This document shows, piece after piece, positions 31,069 through 41,470 of a stretch of 64,000 nucleotides of DNA. The notes beneath the pieces are model-generated. The model was not told where the DNA came from, ran no database searches, and worked only from the letters and a program-made list of their open reading frames with translations. Made by a program: the position numbers and the translations under genes. Source of the stretch: a candidate division FCPU426 bacterium (GTDB taxonomy: Bacteria; Oederibacteriota; Muellerivitia; Muellerivitales; Muellerivitaceae); contig CAWKAR010000057.1 in the NCBI GenBank assembly GCA_963847625.1, positions 32,001 to 96,000 of the forward strand. Direction: 5' to 3'. Positions within the stretch are counted from its first letter, which is position 1. Each line of letters opens with the position of its first letter.

Positions 31069-32088
31069 TTATTTCCATCCCGCCCAAAGGAAGATCCCCT
31101 CGAAAAGCGCCGCGATTAGGGCGGCCGCCGGGATCGTCAGGATCCAGGCCCACACGATTTTGCCCGCCACCCCCCATTTGACCGAAGAGATCGAGGTGAC
31201 GCTCCCCACTCCGATGATGGACCCTGTGATGGTATGGGTGGTGGAGACCGGGATTCCCAGGTACGTCGCAAAAAAGATCGAGATAGCCCCGCCCGTTTCG
31301 GCGCAAGCGCCCCCCACGGGCCTCAACTTGGTGATTTTTTGACCCATGGTCTTGACAATGCGCCATCCGCCCGACATGGTCCCCAAACCCATGGCCGCGT
31401 AACAACAAATAATGATCCACCAGGCGATTCCCTGGCCGTCCCCCCTGTGCGCCAACTGGGTCTGGTTTGACGCCACCAACAGGGCCATGATAATCCCCAT
31501 TGTCTTCTGCGAATCATTGGCGCCATGGCTCACGCAGTAGGCGGCGGACGAGAAATACTGGACCACGCGGAATATGCTGTCCACCGAGGAAGGCGTGACC
31601 TTGTGGAACAGGTTAAAAACGGCGGTCATGAGGAAGGCACCCAAAAAGATGCCGAGGAAGGGTGCTATAAAAATAAAGATGATAGTTTTTTGAAAACCCG
31701 CCAGGATAAGGACCTTCCAGCCTGCGTAGACGACCGCCGCGCCCCCGAATCCCCCGATCAAGGCGTGGGAGGAACTGGTGGGCAGGCCGTAGTACCAGGT
31801 GATAAGGTCCCACAGGATGGCCCCGAGAAGCGCCGCCAGGATGACGAATACCGTGATGCCGGAGGGTTCCACCAATCCTTTCCCCACGGTATTCGCCACG
31901 TGGGTGCCCACCGTGAAAGCGGCCACGAAGTTGAAGAAAGCAGCCCATACGACCGCTTGTCCCGGGCTTAAAACCCTGGTCGAAACAACGGTGGCGATGG
32001 CATTGGCCGCGTCGTGGAAGCCGTTCAGGAAGTCGAACGCCAGGGCGACCAGGATGACCAGGGCGATGACCGTCATTTCCGGATTCAA
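31069..32088 (-). CDS. pit: Inorganic phosphate transporter, PiT family
   Basis: NGFHDAANAIATVV, GLPTSSSHALIGG, HGANDSQK, PVSTTH. Confidence 0.93.
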   Translation of the reverse strand: MNPEMTVIALVILVALAFDFLNGFHDAANAIATVVSTRVLSPGQAVVWAAFFNFVAAFTVGTHVANTVGKGLVEPSGITVFVILAALLGAILWDLITWYYGLPTSSSHALIGGFGGAAVVYAGWKVLILAGFQKTIIFIFIAPFLGIFLGAFLMTAVFNLFHKVTPSSVDSIFRVVQYFSSAAYCVSHGANDSQKTMGIIMALLVASNQTQLAHRGDGQGIAWWIIICCYAAMGLGTMSGGWRIVKTMGQKITKLRPVGGACAETGGAISIFFATYLGIPVSTTHTITGSIIGVGSVTSISSVKWGVAGKIVWAWILTIPAAALIAALFEGIFLWAGWK

Positions 32089-32158
32089 AGGACCACTCCC
32101 ATAAAGTATTTACGTAAGGCGTATGGTTTTATGCCTTTACGCTTGCCGGCGACCGGAT

Positions 32159-32785
32159 TTAAGCGTTTTCCAGCACCACTCCCTCGATGATGTTCGCCAC
32201 GTCCTCACAGCGGTCAATGGCCGTTTCTATGTTCTCGAAAATTTCCTTCCATATAAGTACCTTGACCGCATCCTTCTCCTCTTTGAACAGCTTGGCGATG
32301 GCCGCGTCCCGCACGGCGTCGCCATCGTTTTCCAGCTTGTTGATCTCGATGCAGGAGGCCAGGATCTCCTTGGCGTTCTTGAGATTCTTCATACTGGCCA
32401 CGGCTTTTTGGACCTCCAAGACCGAGCGGTAAAGGATTTTGGCGAGTTCGATTAGTTCGGGGGGTATTTCCGTGACGCCGTAAAGCATCATGCGGCGGGC
32501 GGCGCCGTCGGTGAAGTCGATGACGTCATCCATCAGGGAGATGAGCTGGTGGATCTGGTCCCGGTCGATGGGGGTGATGAAGGTTTTATGGAGCATTTCC
32601 ATGGTGTGGTGGGTGAGTTCGTCGGCGAGGTGCTCGGCTTCCTTCAGCCGGCGGACCTTGGCCGGCGCCTCCTGGTAGTGTTCCAGCATGTCCACGAGGA
32701 TCTGGGAACCTTCCACCAAGGCCGCCGCGTGCTGGTCGAATACCTCGAAAAAACCGTATTCCTTGGGTATCAGAAAGTTGAACAT
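32159..32785 (-). CDS. DUF47 / PhoU-like Pit accessory protein
   Basis: EH.AD, TFITPIDR, DDVID, EN.GD, DRCEDVAN; GGAGG RBS before ATG 32785. Confidence 0.9.
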   Translation of the reverse strand: MFNFLIPKEYGFFEVFDQHAAALVEGSQILVDMLEHYQEAPAKVRRLKEAEHLADELTHHTMEMLHKTFITPIDRDQIHQLISLMDDVIDFTDGAARRMMLYGVTEIPPELIELAKILYRSVLEVQKAVASMKNLKNAKEILASCIEINKLENDGDAVRDAAIAKLFKEEKDAVKVLIWKEIFENIETAIDRCEDVANIIEGVVLENA

Positions 32786-33109
32786 GTTCCCTCCGGTTGG
32801 GCGGAATGATTCCTTAAAATGCCGGAAGAAGATTGCCACACCCGGGTGAAGAGGTCAACCCGGAAAATAAACTTGTGGTAAAACAAGGTGGTTGCCCCCG
32901 ATTTTCCATATTTAAAACATTAAAAAGAATTCGCCTTTAAGGGAAATGAAAGTCAAGAACCCTTTTTTCAAGTCTCGAAACCTAAAAAAGCCATTCCTAA
33001 ACTCATATGAAATATTTTTTTTGTGTGACGGGGGTCATAATCAAAATTAACTTCGGCCATAAAATATGGTTGCCCCGAGTTTAATCCCATTTTTTTAAGA
33101 GAGGTTCCC

Positions 33110-35066
33110 GTGAATCTCATAAGTTTCTTGATTTTGTTCCCGCTTATTCCAGCCCTAATATTGTTTGTGACAACCAGCCAAACCCTGCGCGCCTGGGTGG
33201 TGCGCCTAAGCGTATTGGCGATCATCGTAGCTTCCGTGGCTTTGGTTTACCAATACATGGGGCCTGCCACTACCTTCTTCAAGGTTGACCAACCCTGGAC
33301 CGATAAGGCACTACTGGCGGGGGACTTACTCCTCACCTTATATTTACTCTATTGTTGCAAGGATATCCTCCTAAAAGAATCCTGGATCCCGGTTCTTCTG
33401 GTATTGCAGGCCGCCGTGACGGCCTACACCGAGTTCGGTTTCCCCGCCCAACCAGTGATGAACGAGCTTTACGTCGATAATTTTTCCCTGATCATGGCGT
33501 TAATCATCGGCGTGATAGGCGGTCTTATTTGCGTTTACGCCATCTCTTATATGAAGGATTTCCACGAACACCATCCCCAGGTCCAGGACAAGCGCCGTGG
33601 TTTTTTCTTCCTTCTTTTCCTTTTTCTTTCGGCCATGTTCGGGGTGGTTTTTTCCAACCATCTCGGTTGGCTGTTCCTGTTCTGGGAAATCACCACCCTT
33701 TGCTCCTTCCTCATGATCCGCTATACCGAAGAGGAGGAGGCGAAGCGCAACGCCTTCCAAGCCTTGGGCATGAACCTGATCGGCGGCCTGGGTTTCGCCC
33801 TGGCCTTGTTTTTCCTGGCGGCATAATCAGCTGTTCCCCGGCCTTGGACCTGCTCATCACCCTGGGTAAGACCGGCGCCTTGATAGCCGTTCTCCCCGCG
33901 GTCCTGATATGCTTCGCGGGCCTGACCAAATCCGCCCAATTGCCCTTCAGCTCCTGGCTCCTGGGAGCCATGGTGGCCCCCACCCCCGTGTCCGCCCTGC
34001 TCCATTCCAGCACCATGGTGAAGGCCGGGGTCTTCATCATCGTCAAGTTCGCGCCCGTCATGGAGAAAAACCCGAGCGTGGGCTTTTTCCTCGGGCTGGT
34101 GGGCGGAGTCACCTTCCTGATCGCCTCGCTCGCGGCCGTGACCCAAAGCAACGCCAAGCGCGTCCTGGCTTATTCCACCATCGCCAATTTGGGGCTGGTG
34201 GTGGCTTGCGCCGGAGTCGGGACACCCCAGGCCATCTGGGCCGCGATCCTGCTGATCATCTTCCACGCCATCGCCAAGGGCCTTTTATTCCAGGCCGTGG
34301 GTTCGGTGGAGCACAAGATCGGGAGCCGGGATATCGAGGACATGGACGGCCTGATCGTCACCCGCCCCGGCCTTGCCTTCGTCCTCCTGGTAGGCATCCT
34401 GGGAATGTTCCTGGCGCCCTTTGGAATGCTCATCAGCAAGTGGGCCTGCCTGGAAGCCTTCATCCAAAGCAATCCCCTATTGGCGATCCTCCTGGCCTTC
34501 GGTAGCGGCCCCACCCTCTTTTTCTGGGCCAAATGGATGGGCAAACTCATCAGCATGCCTACCACCGAGCGGGCCAAGGGGCTGTCAGCGGTGACGAATG
34601 GGCTTCCCTGGGTACCTTGTCGGTCTTGACCATCGCCGCCTGCGCGCTCTTTCCCATTGTTTCCCACGACATGATCATGCCTTATCTCCAGGCCCCTGCC
34701 GGCGTCATGGAACCCCTGACCCACGGAAATATGTCCATCATGCTCATTATGCTGGGCTCGTTCCTCGTCCTTCCCCCGCTTTACCGTTTCATTCCACGGA
34801 AGGAAATCCAGGTGTCCTCCTACCTGGCCGGCGCCAACTTCCAAAACGGCAACTCTCAATTCAAGGGAGCCATTGGCCGGTCCATGGGCGTTGAAATGCG
34901 TAATTACTACTTGAGTTCCATCCTGAACGAGAACACCCTGGCCCTGGTGGGCAGGGCTTGTTGCGCGGGCCTGATCCTGGTCATGGTTTGGATGGGCGTC
35001 TCCTATCGGGGAGGGGTTGAACTTCCCCTCACCTTGAGCCAGGCTCCGGCCCAGTCCCTGGACCCG
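33110..35066 (+). CDS. echA: Ech hydrogenase antiporter-like membrane subunit (NuoL/MrpA-like); frame breaks at ~33820 and ~34575
   Basis: FWEITTLCSF, KSAQLPFSSWLLGAMVAPTPVSALLHSSTMVKAG, KRVLAYSTIANLG across ORFs 33110, 33529 and 34533; no stop codon before the EchB-like sequence. Confidence 0.85.
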
Positions 35067-35931
35067 ATGCTGAGACTGGCGCTGTTCGCCGCCTTCATCT
35101 TGGGCGCCCCCGTATTGGGCTGCCTTCTGGCCGGGATTTGACCGGATCGTAACCGCCCGTATGCAGGGGCGGGTCGGACCGCCGATCCTTCAACCCTTTT
35201 ACGACGTGATGAAACTCCTGGAAAAGCAAACGGTCGTGGTCAACCACGCCCAGGCTTATTACGTTTTTTGCTTCCTTTTATTCATGGTTTTGACAGGCGC
35301 GCTTTTCTTCATGGGCGGAGATCTGCTGTTGGTGGTGTTCGCCCTGACGGTAGCCTCCATTTTCCTCGTCCTGGCCGGTTATTCCCCCAACTCGCCCTAT
35401 AGCACCATCGGCGCGGAGCGGGAACTCCTGCAAATGATGGCCTATGAGCCCATGCTTCTCTTGATGGTTTTGGGCATGTACCAGTCCGCCCATAGTTTCC
35501 ACGTGCAGTCCATTCTAACGGCCCCACATCCCCTCTTGTACGCCCTCCCCGGCGCTTTTCTGGGCTTCATCTTCATCCTGACCATTAAACTGCGAAAGTC
35601 GCCTTTCGACCTATCCACCTCTCACCACGGGCACCAGGAACTGGTGAAGGGCCTGACCACCGAGTTCTCGGGCACCCAACTGGCCATGATCGAGGTGGGT
35701 CACTGGTACGAGAACATTCTTTTGCTGGGCCTGGTTTATTTATTTTTCGCCGCTTTCTCCCTCTGGATCGCCCTGGCCGCAACATTGGCGGTTTACCTCT
35801 TCGAAATCCTGATTGACAATTCCTACGCCCGTCTGACCTGGCAGTTTACCTTGAGGTCGGCTTGGGGCGTGGCCGCGTTGCTGGGTGCCGGTAACATATT
35901 GTTTCTTTTTTACAACTTGTTAGCGAGGTGA
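35067..35931 (+). CDS. echB: Ech hydrogenase membrane subunit (NuoH-like); +1 frameshift at ~35137
   Basis: Removing one T gives LLAGIDRIVTARMQGRVGPPILQPFYD; KSPFD, HQELVKG..TEFSG, IDNSYARL. Confidence 0.85.
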
Positions 35932-35935
35932 CGTC

Positions 35936-36394
35936 TTGAGCTTTCTTAAAAAATCCCCCTGGATCCTGCATTATGACGCCTCCAGTTGCAACGGATGTGA
36001 TATCGAGGTGCTGGCCTGCCTGACGCCGCTTTACGACATAGAGCGTTTCGGCATCATCAACACCGGCAATCCCAAGCATGCCGACATCCTTCTTATCACT
36101 GGTTCCGTCAACGAGCAGAACCGGGACGTGGTGAAAAATCTCTATAGCCAGATGCCCAACCCCAAGGTGGTGGTGGCCATCGGCGCCTGCGCACTTTCCG
36201 GGGGCATTTTCCGGGAATGCTACAACATCCACCAGGGCGTGGATTCCACCATCCCCGTGGACGTTTATATTCCGGGCTGTGCGGCCCGGCCGGAGGCCAT
36301 TATTGACGGCGTCGTGCAGGGCCTAGGCGCCCTGGAAAAAAAGGCTGCGGACCTGAAAGCCGGGAAAACCGCGGGAAAGGCGTTAGCGTCATGA
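35936..36394 (+). CDS. echC: Ech hydrogenase small subunit (NuoB-like)
   Basis: SCNGCDIE, NPKHAD, GACA.SGG, YIPGC..RPE. Confidence 0.93.
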   Translation: MSFLKKSPWILHYDASSCNGCDIEVLACLTPLYDIERFGIINTGNPKHADILLITGSVNEQNRDVVKNLYSQMPNPKVVVAIGACALSGGIFRECYNIHQGVDSTIPVDVYIPGCAARPEAIIDGVVQGLGALEKKAADLKAGKTAGKALAS

Positions 36395-36765
36395 TGTATA
36401 TCGAGGAACAACCCCAGGTGGCCTTGGACCGGACCCAACTGGTGTCCAAGGTGGCTGATCTCAAGCGGGACGGACATCGCCTCGTGCAGATCTGCGCCAC
36501 GACATTGATCGAGAATTTTGAAATCACTTACAGCTTCGATAAGCAAGGAAAGCTGATCAACCTTCGGCTGATGGTGCCCCGCTCCGACGCGGTCATTCCC
36601 AGCATCACCGGCGAGTATTTCGGTGCCTTTACCTACGAGAACGAGCTGCAGGACCTCTTCGGGTTGAAAGTAATTGATTTGAAGCTGAACTTCAACGGGA
36701 ACTTCTACCAATTGGCAAAGAAGACGCCGTTTGCCGATGATAAAACTACGACACAGGGGAAATGA
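36391..36765 (+). CDS. echD: Ech hydrogenase subunit D (NuoC-like)
   Basis: RLVQICAT, YSFD, PSIT..Y.GAF.YENELQDLFG. Confidence 0.88.
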   Translation: MMYIEEQPQVALDRTQLVSKVADLKRDGHRLVQICATTLIENFEITYSFDKQGKLINLRLMVPRSDAVIPSITGEYFGAFTYENELQDLFGLKVIDLKLNFNGNFYQLAKKTPFADDKTTTQGK

Positions 36766-36766
36766 C

Positions 36767-37846
36767 ATGGGCAAACAAACCATAGTGCCTTTTGGGCCCC
36801 AACATCCTGTCCTTCCGGAACCCATCCACCTGGACCTGGTCCTGGAGGATGAGAAAGTCGTTCAGGCGATCCCTTCCATCGGGTTCATCCACCGGGGCCT
36901 GGAACGCCTGGCCGAAAAGAAGGAATTCACCGAGATGGTTTACGTGGCCGACCGCATCTGCGGGATCTGCAGTTTTATCCACAGCACCGCTTACTGCCAG
37001 GCGGTGGAATCGGTCATGAAGATCGAGGTGCCTGAAAGGGCCAAGTTCCTGCGCGCGATCTGGTCGGAAATATCCCGTATCCACAGCCACCTGCTGTGGC
37101 TGGGCCTGATGGCGGATTCCTTCGGCTTCGAGAACCTCTTCATGCTTTCCTGGCGGGTCCGGGAGCAGATCCTGGACCTGGTGGAGGCAACCACGGGCGG
37201 CCGGGTTATCTTTGGATCCAGCAAGGTCGGCGGCGTCCGGCGCGACATCCAGACCGACGCCATGACCGGCGTTTTCAAAGAACTGAGGGAGATCGAGGAA
37301 CAATGCCACGATATCACCTCGGTATTCGTGAAGGACAACTCCGTCAAGCGCCGCACCGTCGGGGTGGGCGTGCTGTCCAAAGACGACGCCTATCTTTTGG
37401 GGGCCGTTGGGCCCGTGCTTCGGGCCAGCGGCTGGGCATCCGACACCCGGCTTTTGAAATACGGGGCTTACGGGGAACTCGGTTTCGAACCGATCGTTGA
37501 AACCGCCGGCGACTCTTACGCCCGCACGGTCGTTCGTTGCCGGGAAATATACCAATCCTTCGGCATGATCCGGCAAGCCATCGAGAAGATCCCCTCGGGG
37601 CCCATTGACGTGAAGGTGACGGGGACTCCCACCGGCGAGTATTTCGCCCGCCTGGAGCAGCCCCGCGGAGAGGTGATCCACTATGTCAAGGGCAACGGAA
37701 CGAAGTTCCTGGAGCGTTACCGGGTTCGCACGCCCACCTTCGCCAACGTCCCGCCCCTCGTGCACATGCTGGGCGGATGCCAGTTAGCCGACGTGCCCGT
37801 GATCGTGTTGAGCATTGACCCCTGTATCAGCTGTACGGAGAGATAA
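36767..37846 (+). CDS. echE: Ech hydrogenase large [NiFe] subunit
   Basis: PFGPQHP, RICGIC (L1), EQPRGE, C-terminal DPCISCTER with no cleavable extension. Confidence 0.95.
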   Translation: MGKQTIVPFGPQHPVLPEPIHLDLVLEDEKVVQAIPSIGFIHRGLERLAEKKEFTEMVYVADRICGICSFIHSTAYCQAVESVMKIEVPERAKFLRAIWSEISRIHSHLLWLGLMADSFGFENLFMLSWRVREQILDLVEATTGGRVIFGSSKVGGVRRDIQTDAMTGVFKELREIEEQCHDITSVFVKDNSVKRRTVGVGVLSKDDAYLLGAVGPVLRASGWASDTRLLKYGAYGELGFEPIVETAGDSYARTVVRCREIYQSFGMIRQAIEKIPSGPIDVKVTGTPTGEYFARLEQPRGEVIHYVKGNGTKFLERYRVRTPTFANVPPLVHMLGGCQLADVPVIVLSIDPCISCTER

Positions 37847-37847
37847 C

Positions 37848-38243
37848 ATGCCCTACTTTAAAATGTCCAAGACCGCCATCAAGGGAGCGTTTTCAAAACC
37901 CGCCACCCGGCGCTATCCTTTTGAGGTCCGGCCCGATATCTCGAAAACACGGGGCCGCATCGACCTGCACATCGAGAATTGCACCTTCTGCACCCTTTGT
38001 CAGAGAAAATGCCCGACCGGCGCCATCGAGATAGACCGGAAAAGCCAACCCCGGGTCTTCAAGCTGGACCGTTTCAGATGCATCCTTTGCGGGGCTTGCG
38101 TGGAAGCCTGTTTGACGAAGAATTCCATACATGTCGCCGACCATTACGCGCCTCCCTCCGATAAGCGCGGGGTGATCACTTGGACGCAGGAAACTCCGCC
38201 GCCCAAACCCGCGGCACCGGCTTCGCCCGCGAAACCCGCCTGA
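37848..38243 (+). CDS. echF: Ech hydrogenase 2x[4Fe-4S] subunit (NuoI-like)
   Basis: KPATRRYP, CTFCTLCQRKCP, CILCGACVEAC. Confidence 0.9.
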   Translation: MPYFKMSKTAIKGAFSKPATRRYPFEVRPDISKTRGRIDLHIENCTFCTLCQRKCPTGAIEIDRKSQPRVFKLDRFRCILCGACVEACLTKNSIHVADHYAPPSDKRGVITWTQETPPPKPAAPASPAKPA

Positions 38244-38294
38244 ACTCCCGTTGGGTCCCTTGACTTTCGCCTGACGCCATGCGTGAATAATCCT

Positions 38295-38639
38295 ATGCAT
38301 GAGTACTCGGTTGCCTTGAATATCGCCGATCTGGTCCTCCAACACAGCCGGGGCAAACGGCTCGAAAAGGTCCAGCTGAATATCGGCGCCTTATCCGGCA
38401 TCTTCTACGAATCCCTTGAGATGTATTTGCAACTGGTCTTCGAGGAAAAAGGCCATAAGGGGGTTAAGCTGGCGGCTCATTTCACCCCCGCAACCTTCCT
38501 TTGCGCATGCGGGAAGCAGTATGAGGTTCACAGTATGTCCGAGGCTTGTCCCTCCTGCGGCAATTACGACCGGAAAATAACCACCGGAAATGACTGCCAA
38601 GTGGAAAGTATCGAGGTGAGCGATGACGGAGAAAATTGA
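38295..38639 (+). CDS. hypA: Hydrogenase nickel metallochaperone HypA
   Basis: MHEYSVA start, CACG and CPSCG zinc motifs. Confidence 0.92.
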   Translation: MHEYSVALNIADLVLQHSRGKRLEKVQLNIGALSGIFYESLEMYLQLVFEEKGHKGVKLAAHFTPATFLCACGKQYEVHSMSEACPSCGNYDRKITTGNDCQVESIEVSDDGEN

Positions 38640-39276
38640 GGTCAAGACGTCCGCGCAAGCGGTTAACAACCAAGTGGCCGCTGAAAACCGGGCTTTTTTC
38701 AAGGAAAAAGGTCTAGTCACATTGAACTTTTTGAGTTCCCCCGGGTCTGGTAAGACCTCGCTTTTGGAGGCCATGGCCAAACGTTACGGTTCCACCCTGG
38801 CCGTCATCACTGGCGACATCCAAATGACCTATGACGCCGACCGCATCCGCGCCGCCGGCAGCCAAGCGGTTCAAATCGAAACCCATGGCACCTGCCACCT
38901 GACGGCGGCCATGGTCAAGGCCAAGCTTCCCGAATTGGATTTAACCCAAACGAGGCTCCTGGTAATCGAAAATATTGGAAACCTGGTTTGTCCCTCTACT
39001 TACGACCTGGGGGAGGATTTAAAAGTGGCTCTTTTGAGCGTGGCGGAAGGCGATGAGAAGCCCATGAAGTACCCCGCTCTTTTCATGAGGGCCGGCGCGG
39101 TCGTGCTGACAAAAGCCGATCTTTTACCCTACGTTGATTTCAATACCAATCGAGTCCAAAGTGATTGCCGTAAACTCAATCCCCAATTCCATTTTTTTTC
39201 CACATCCTGTAAGACCGGCGACGGCCTGGACGACTGGTTCTCTTTTCTCCTAGCCCTCCAACCGACGTTGCGTTGA
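38623..39276 (+). CDS. hypB: Hydrogenase nickel incorporation GTPase HypB
   Basis: SSPGSGKTSLLE, CHL, ENIGNLVCP..YDLGE, EGDEKP.KYP, TKADL. Confidence 0.95.
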   Translation: MTEKIEVKTSAQAVNNQVAAENRAFFKEKGLVTLNFLSSPGSGKTSLLEAMAKRYGSTLAVITGDIQMTYDADRIRAAGSQAVQIETHGTCHLTAAMVKAKLPELDLTQTRLLVIENIGNLVCPSTYDLGEDLKVALLSVAEGDEKPMKYPALFMRAGAVVLTKADLLPYVDFNTNRVQSDCRKLNPQFHFFSTSCKTGDGLDDWFSFLLALQPTLR

Positions 39277-39530
39277 ATATTCGCACTCCGCAATCTCATT
39301 TTCCTTTGGCCGCGAATTCAACCTATTTGCGCATTGAATTGAATGGTTCAGTTCAGGTGCAAAACTTCTAAATCGATTTTTTTACTCAACAAAAGCAGTG
39401 ACTGTTTTTTAAATAAACTTGTGCCTTATATTCCGGAACGCTACTATGAGTCGTCTTTTTCGAGTGTCGGCCTTCGAGAAAACTTTAAAAGCCAGGAAAT
39501 ATTGAGGTTCTGGTTCCGGGAGCGCTAGAC

Positions 39531-40346
39531 TTGCAATCATCCATTTTTTTCTATCTAAGCCGGCTTTTCCCCGGCTTTATGGTTTTCGCCTTCGGTTTGG
39601 CGATTGGAAGCTTTTTAAATGTCTGTATCCTGCGCATTCCCGCCGGCCGGTCCATCATCCTTCCCTCCTCCCATTGTCCCCGTTGCAAGAAACCCCTGAG
39701 GTGGAGGGACAACATTCCAGTGGTTAGTTTTATCCTCTTGAGAGGCCGGTGCCGCAATTGCCACAAGGCCATCTCCTGGCAATACCCGCTGGTAGAGGCC
39801 CTGACGGGCTTCCTCGTCCTCTCGGCTTACATTAAATTCAATTCTTTCCCATTGTATTTGGCCGCCTCGGAAGTTTTAGTGATCATGTCCATCCTCATTT
39901 CCGCGATCGACCTCAGGACTTATACGATCCCGAACAAAATTATTTTTCCTTTTTTCTGTTCGGCCGTTTGTTTCGCGCCGTTCAATCCGTTATTAGGCGA
40001 TCATTGGATCGCGCGTTCGGGATCAGCTTTATTAGGATTCATTACGGGCGGGGGTATTTTGTTTCTAATGGCGTGGTTGGGTGAAAAATTTTTGAAGCAG
40101 GAGGCCATGGGCGGCGGTGACATCAAACTTTTAGCTTCATTCGGAGTCTTCGTTGGCTGGGAGAGGGTGATCGATGGATTGTTCCTGGGTTCCTTCTCCG
40201 CCGGGCTGTTAGGCCTGTCTCTTTTGATGATGGGCCGTTTAAAACCCAAATCCCCCATTCCATTCGGACCGTTTCTTTGTGCCGGTTGTCTTGCGGCGGT
40301 ATTTTTCGTAAAACTTCGGCTGATGGTTTGGGTTTTTACACCCTGA
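39531..40346 (+). CDS. pilD: Prepilin peptidase / N-methyltransferase
   Basis: GSFLNVCI.RIP, SHCPRC, RCRNC, YPLVE, MGGGDIKL, IPFGPFL. Confidence 0.93.
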   Translation: MQSSIFFYLSRLFPGFMVFAFGLAIGSFLNVCILRIPAGRSIILPSSHCPRCKKPLRWRDNIPVVSFILLRGRCRNCHKAISWQYPLVEALTGFLVLSAYIKFNSFPLYLAASEVLVIMSILISAIDLRTYTIPNKIIFPFFCSAVCFAPFNPLLGDHWIARSGSALLGFITGGGILFLMAWLGEKFLKQEAMGGGDIKLLASFGVFVGWERVIDGLFLGSFSAGLLGLSLLMMGRLKPKSPIPFGPFLCAGCLAAVFFVKLRLMVWVFTP

Positions 40347-40427
40347 AAACAGCATTGATGGAATGACGAATCGGTAATTTCTGATAACGAGGACTCCGGG
40401 AAATGGTGCTTTCCAACTCGGGTTTTT

Positions 40428-41249
40428 TTAATCTTTTTTCAGGCCTAGGTCCTTGACGACCTGTTCGATAATGTCCGCGTCGATCGTTTCCCTTTTCAAA
40501 AGATAACCCTCCAGCATGGAGTTGTCGCAGGTGGTATTGATCAAGCGGGGGATACCCTTCGTGTAATCGAAAATCTTTTGGTATGCGTTGTTTGTAAATA
40601 AATCCTTGGTACAACCCGCGACACTTAAGCGATGCCGGATATATTGTTCGGTGGTTTCTCGAGTGAGGGATTTGATGTAAATTTTCATGGCTACTCTTTG
40701 GAAAAGAGGGGGATCCAAGGCAAGGTATTTTTCCAATTCAGGCAAGCCTAATAGGACAAAGGAAATAAGTTTACGGCCGGGCACTTCCAGATTTAAAAGT
40801 CCCCGGAACTCCTCGAAAATCTCCTTTTTCTGGAGCATGTTGGCTTCGTCAATCACCACCACCGCCTTGCGGCCCTCCTCGTAGATTTTCATGAGCCTTT
40901 CATACAACTGGGAAATGATTTGGGCCTTGGTATCGCTCGGATTTTCCACCCCTAATTGATGAGCTATTTTTTTCAGCATCCATTCGGCGGTAATCTCACT
41001 GTGGACGATCACAAGAAGGGTAGCTTCGTATTGCGGGTCCTGTTCCAGCATTTCCAGGGCCTTGCGGGCGAGCAGAGTTTTTCCCGTGCCGATGTCCCCC
41101 ACCACAACCGTCAGGCCCTTCATGGTGTCCACGGCGTGTAACATCCGGACCATGGCTTCAGAGTGCTGGCTGCTTTCATAATAAAAACGGCTGTCGGGAG
41201 CGTTGGAAAACGCTTGCTCTTTCAAGCCGTAGAAGTTTTCGTAACTCAT
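40428..41249 (-). CDS. ExeA/GspA-family AAA ATPase (short form)
   Basis: YENFYGLKEQAFSNAPD, GDIGTGKT, VIDEA, G.PEL, YIRHRL..AG, GIPRLINT.CD. Confidence 0.88.
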   Translation of the reverse strand: MSYENFYGLKEQAFSNAPDSRFYYESSQHSEAMVRMLHAVDTMKGLTVVVGDIGTGKTLLARKALEMLEQDPQYEATLLVIVHSEITAEWMLKKIAHQLGVENPSDTKAQIISQLYERLMKIYEEGRKAVVVIDEANMLQKKEIFEEFRGLLNLEVPGRKLISFVLLGLPELEKYLALDPPLFQRVAMKIYIKSLTRETTEQYIRHRLSVAGCTKDLFTNNAYQKIFDYTKGIPRLINTTCDNSMLEGYLLKRETIDADIIEQVVKDLGLKKD

Positions 41250-41470
41250 TCCGGTTCTCTTTCACAAGATTCCCGACTCTCAAACCCTTTTCTATCTGGC
41301 CGGGAAATGGGCTTTCTCGTCAGGGTCATCCCATCGAAGGAGGAAATTAATAACGGCAATATCATCAAACGCCTAAACCCTTGGGAAATCTGAATGCATT
41401 CAAAATAAAAGTATTCCTTTGACTTTTGGGGAATTGGAATACCGGAATCAAAGGGCAACCTACAACCAAA

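Noticed and set aside
33110..38243. Operon as NADH dehydrogenase (nuo)
   Set aside because: Large subunit has both Ni-binding CxxC motifs, order matches echA-F, and hypAB follow
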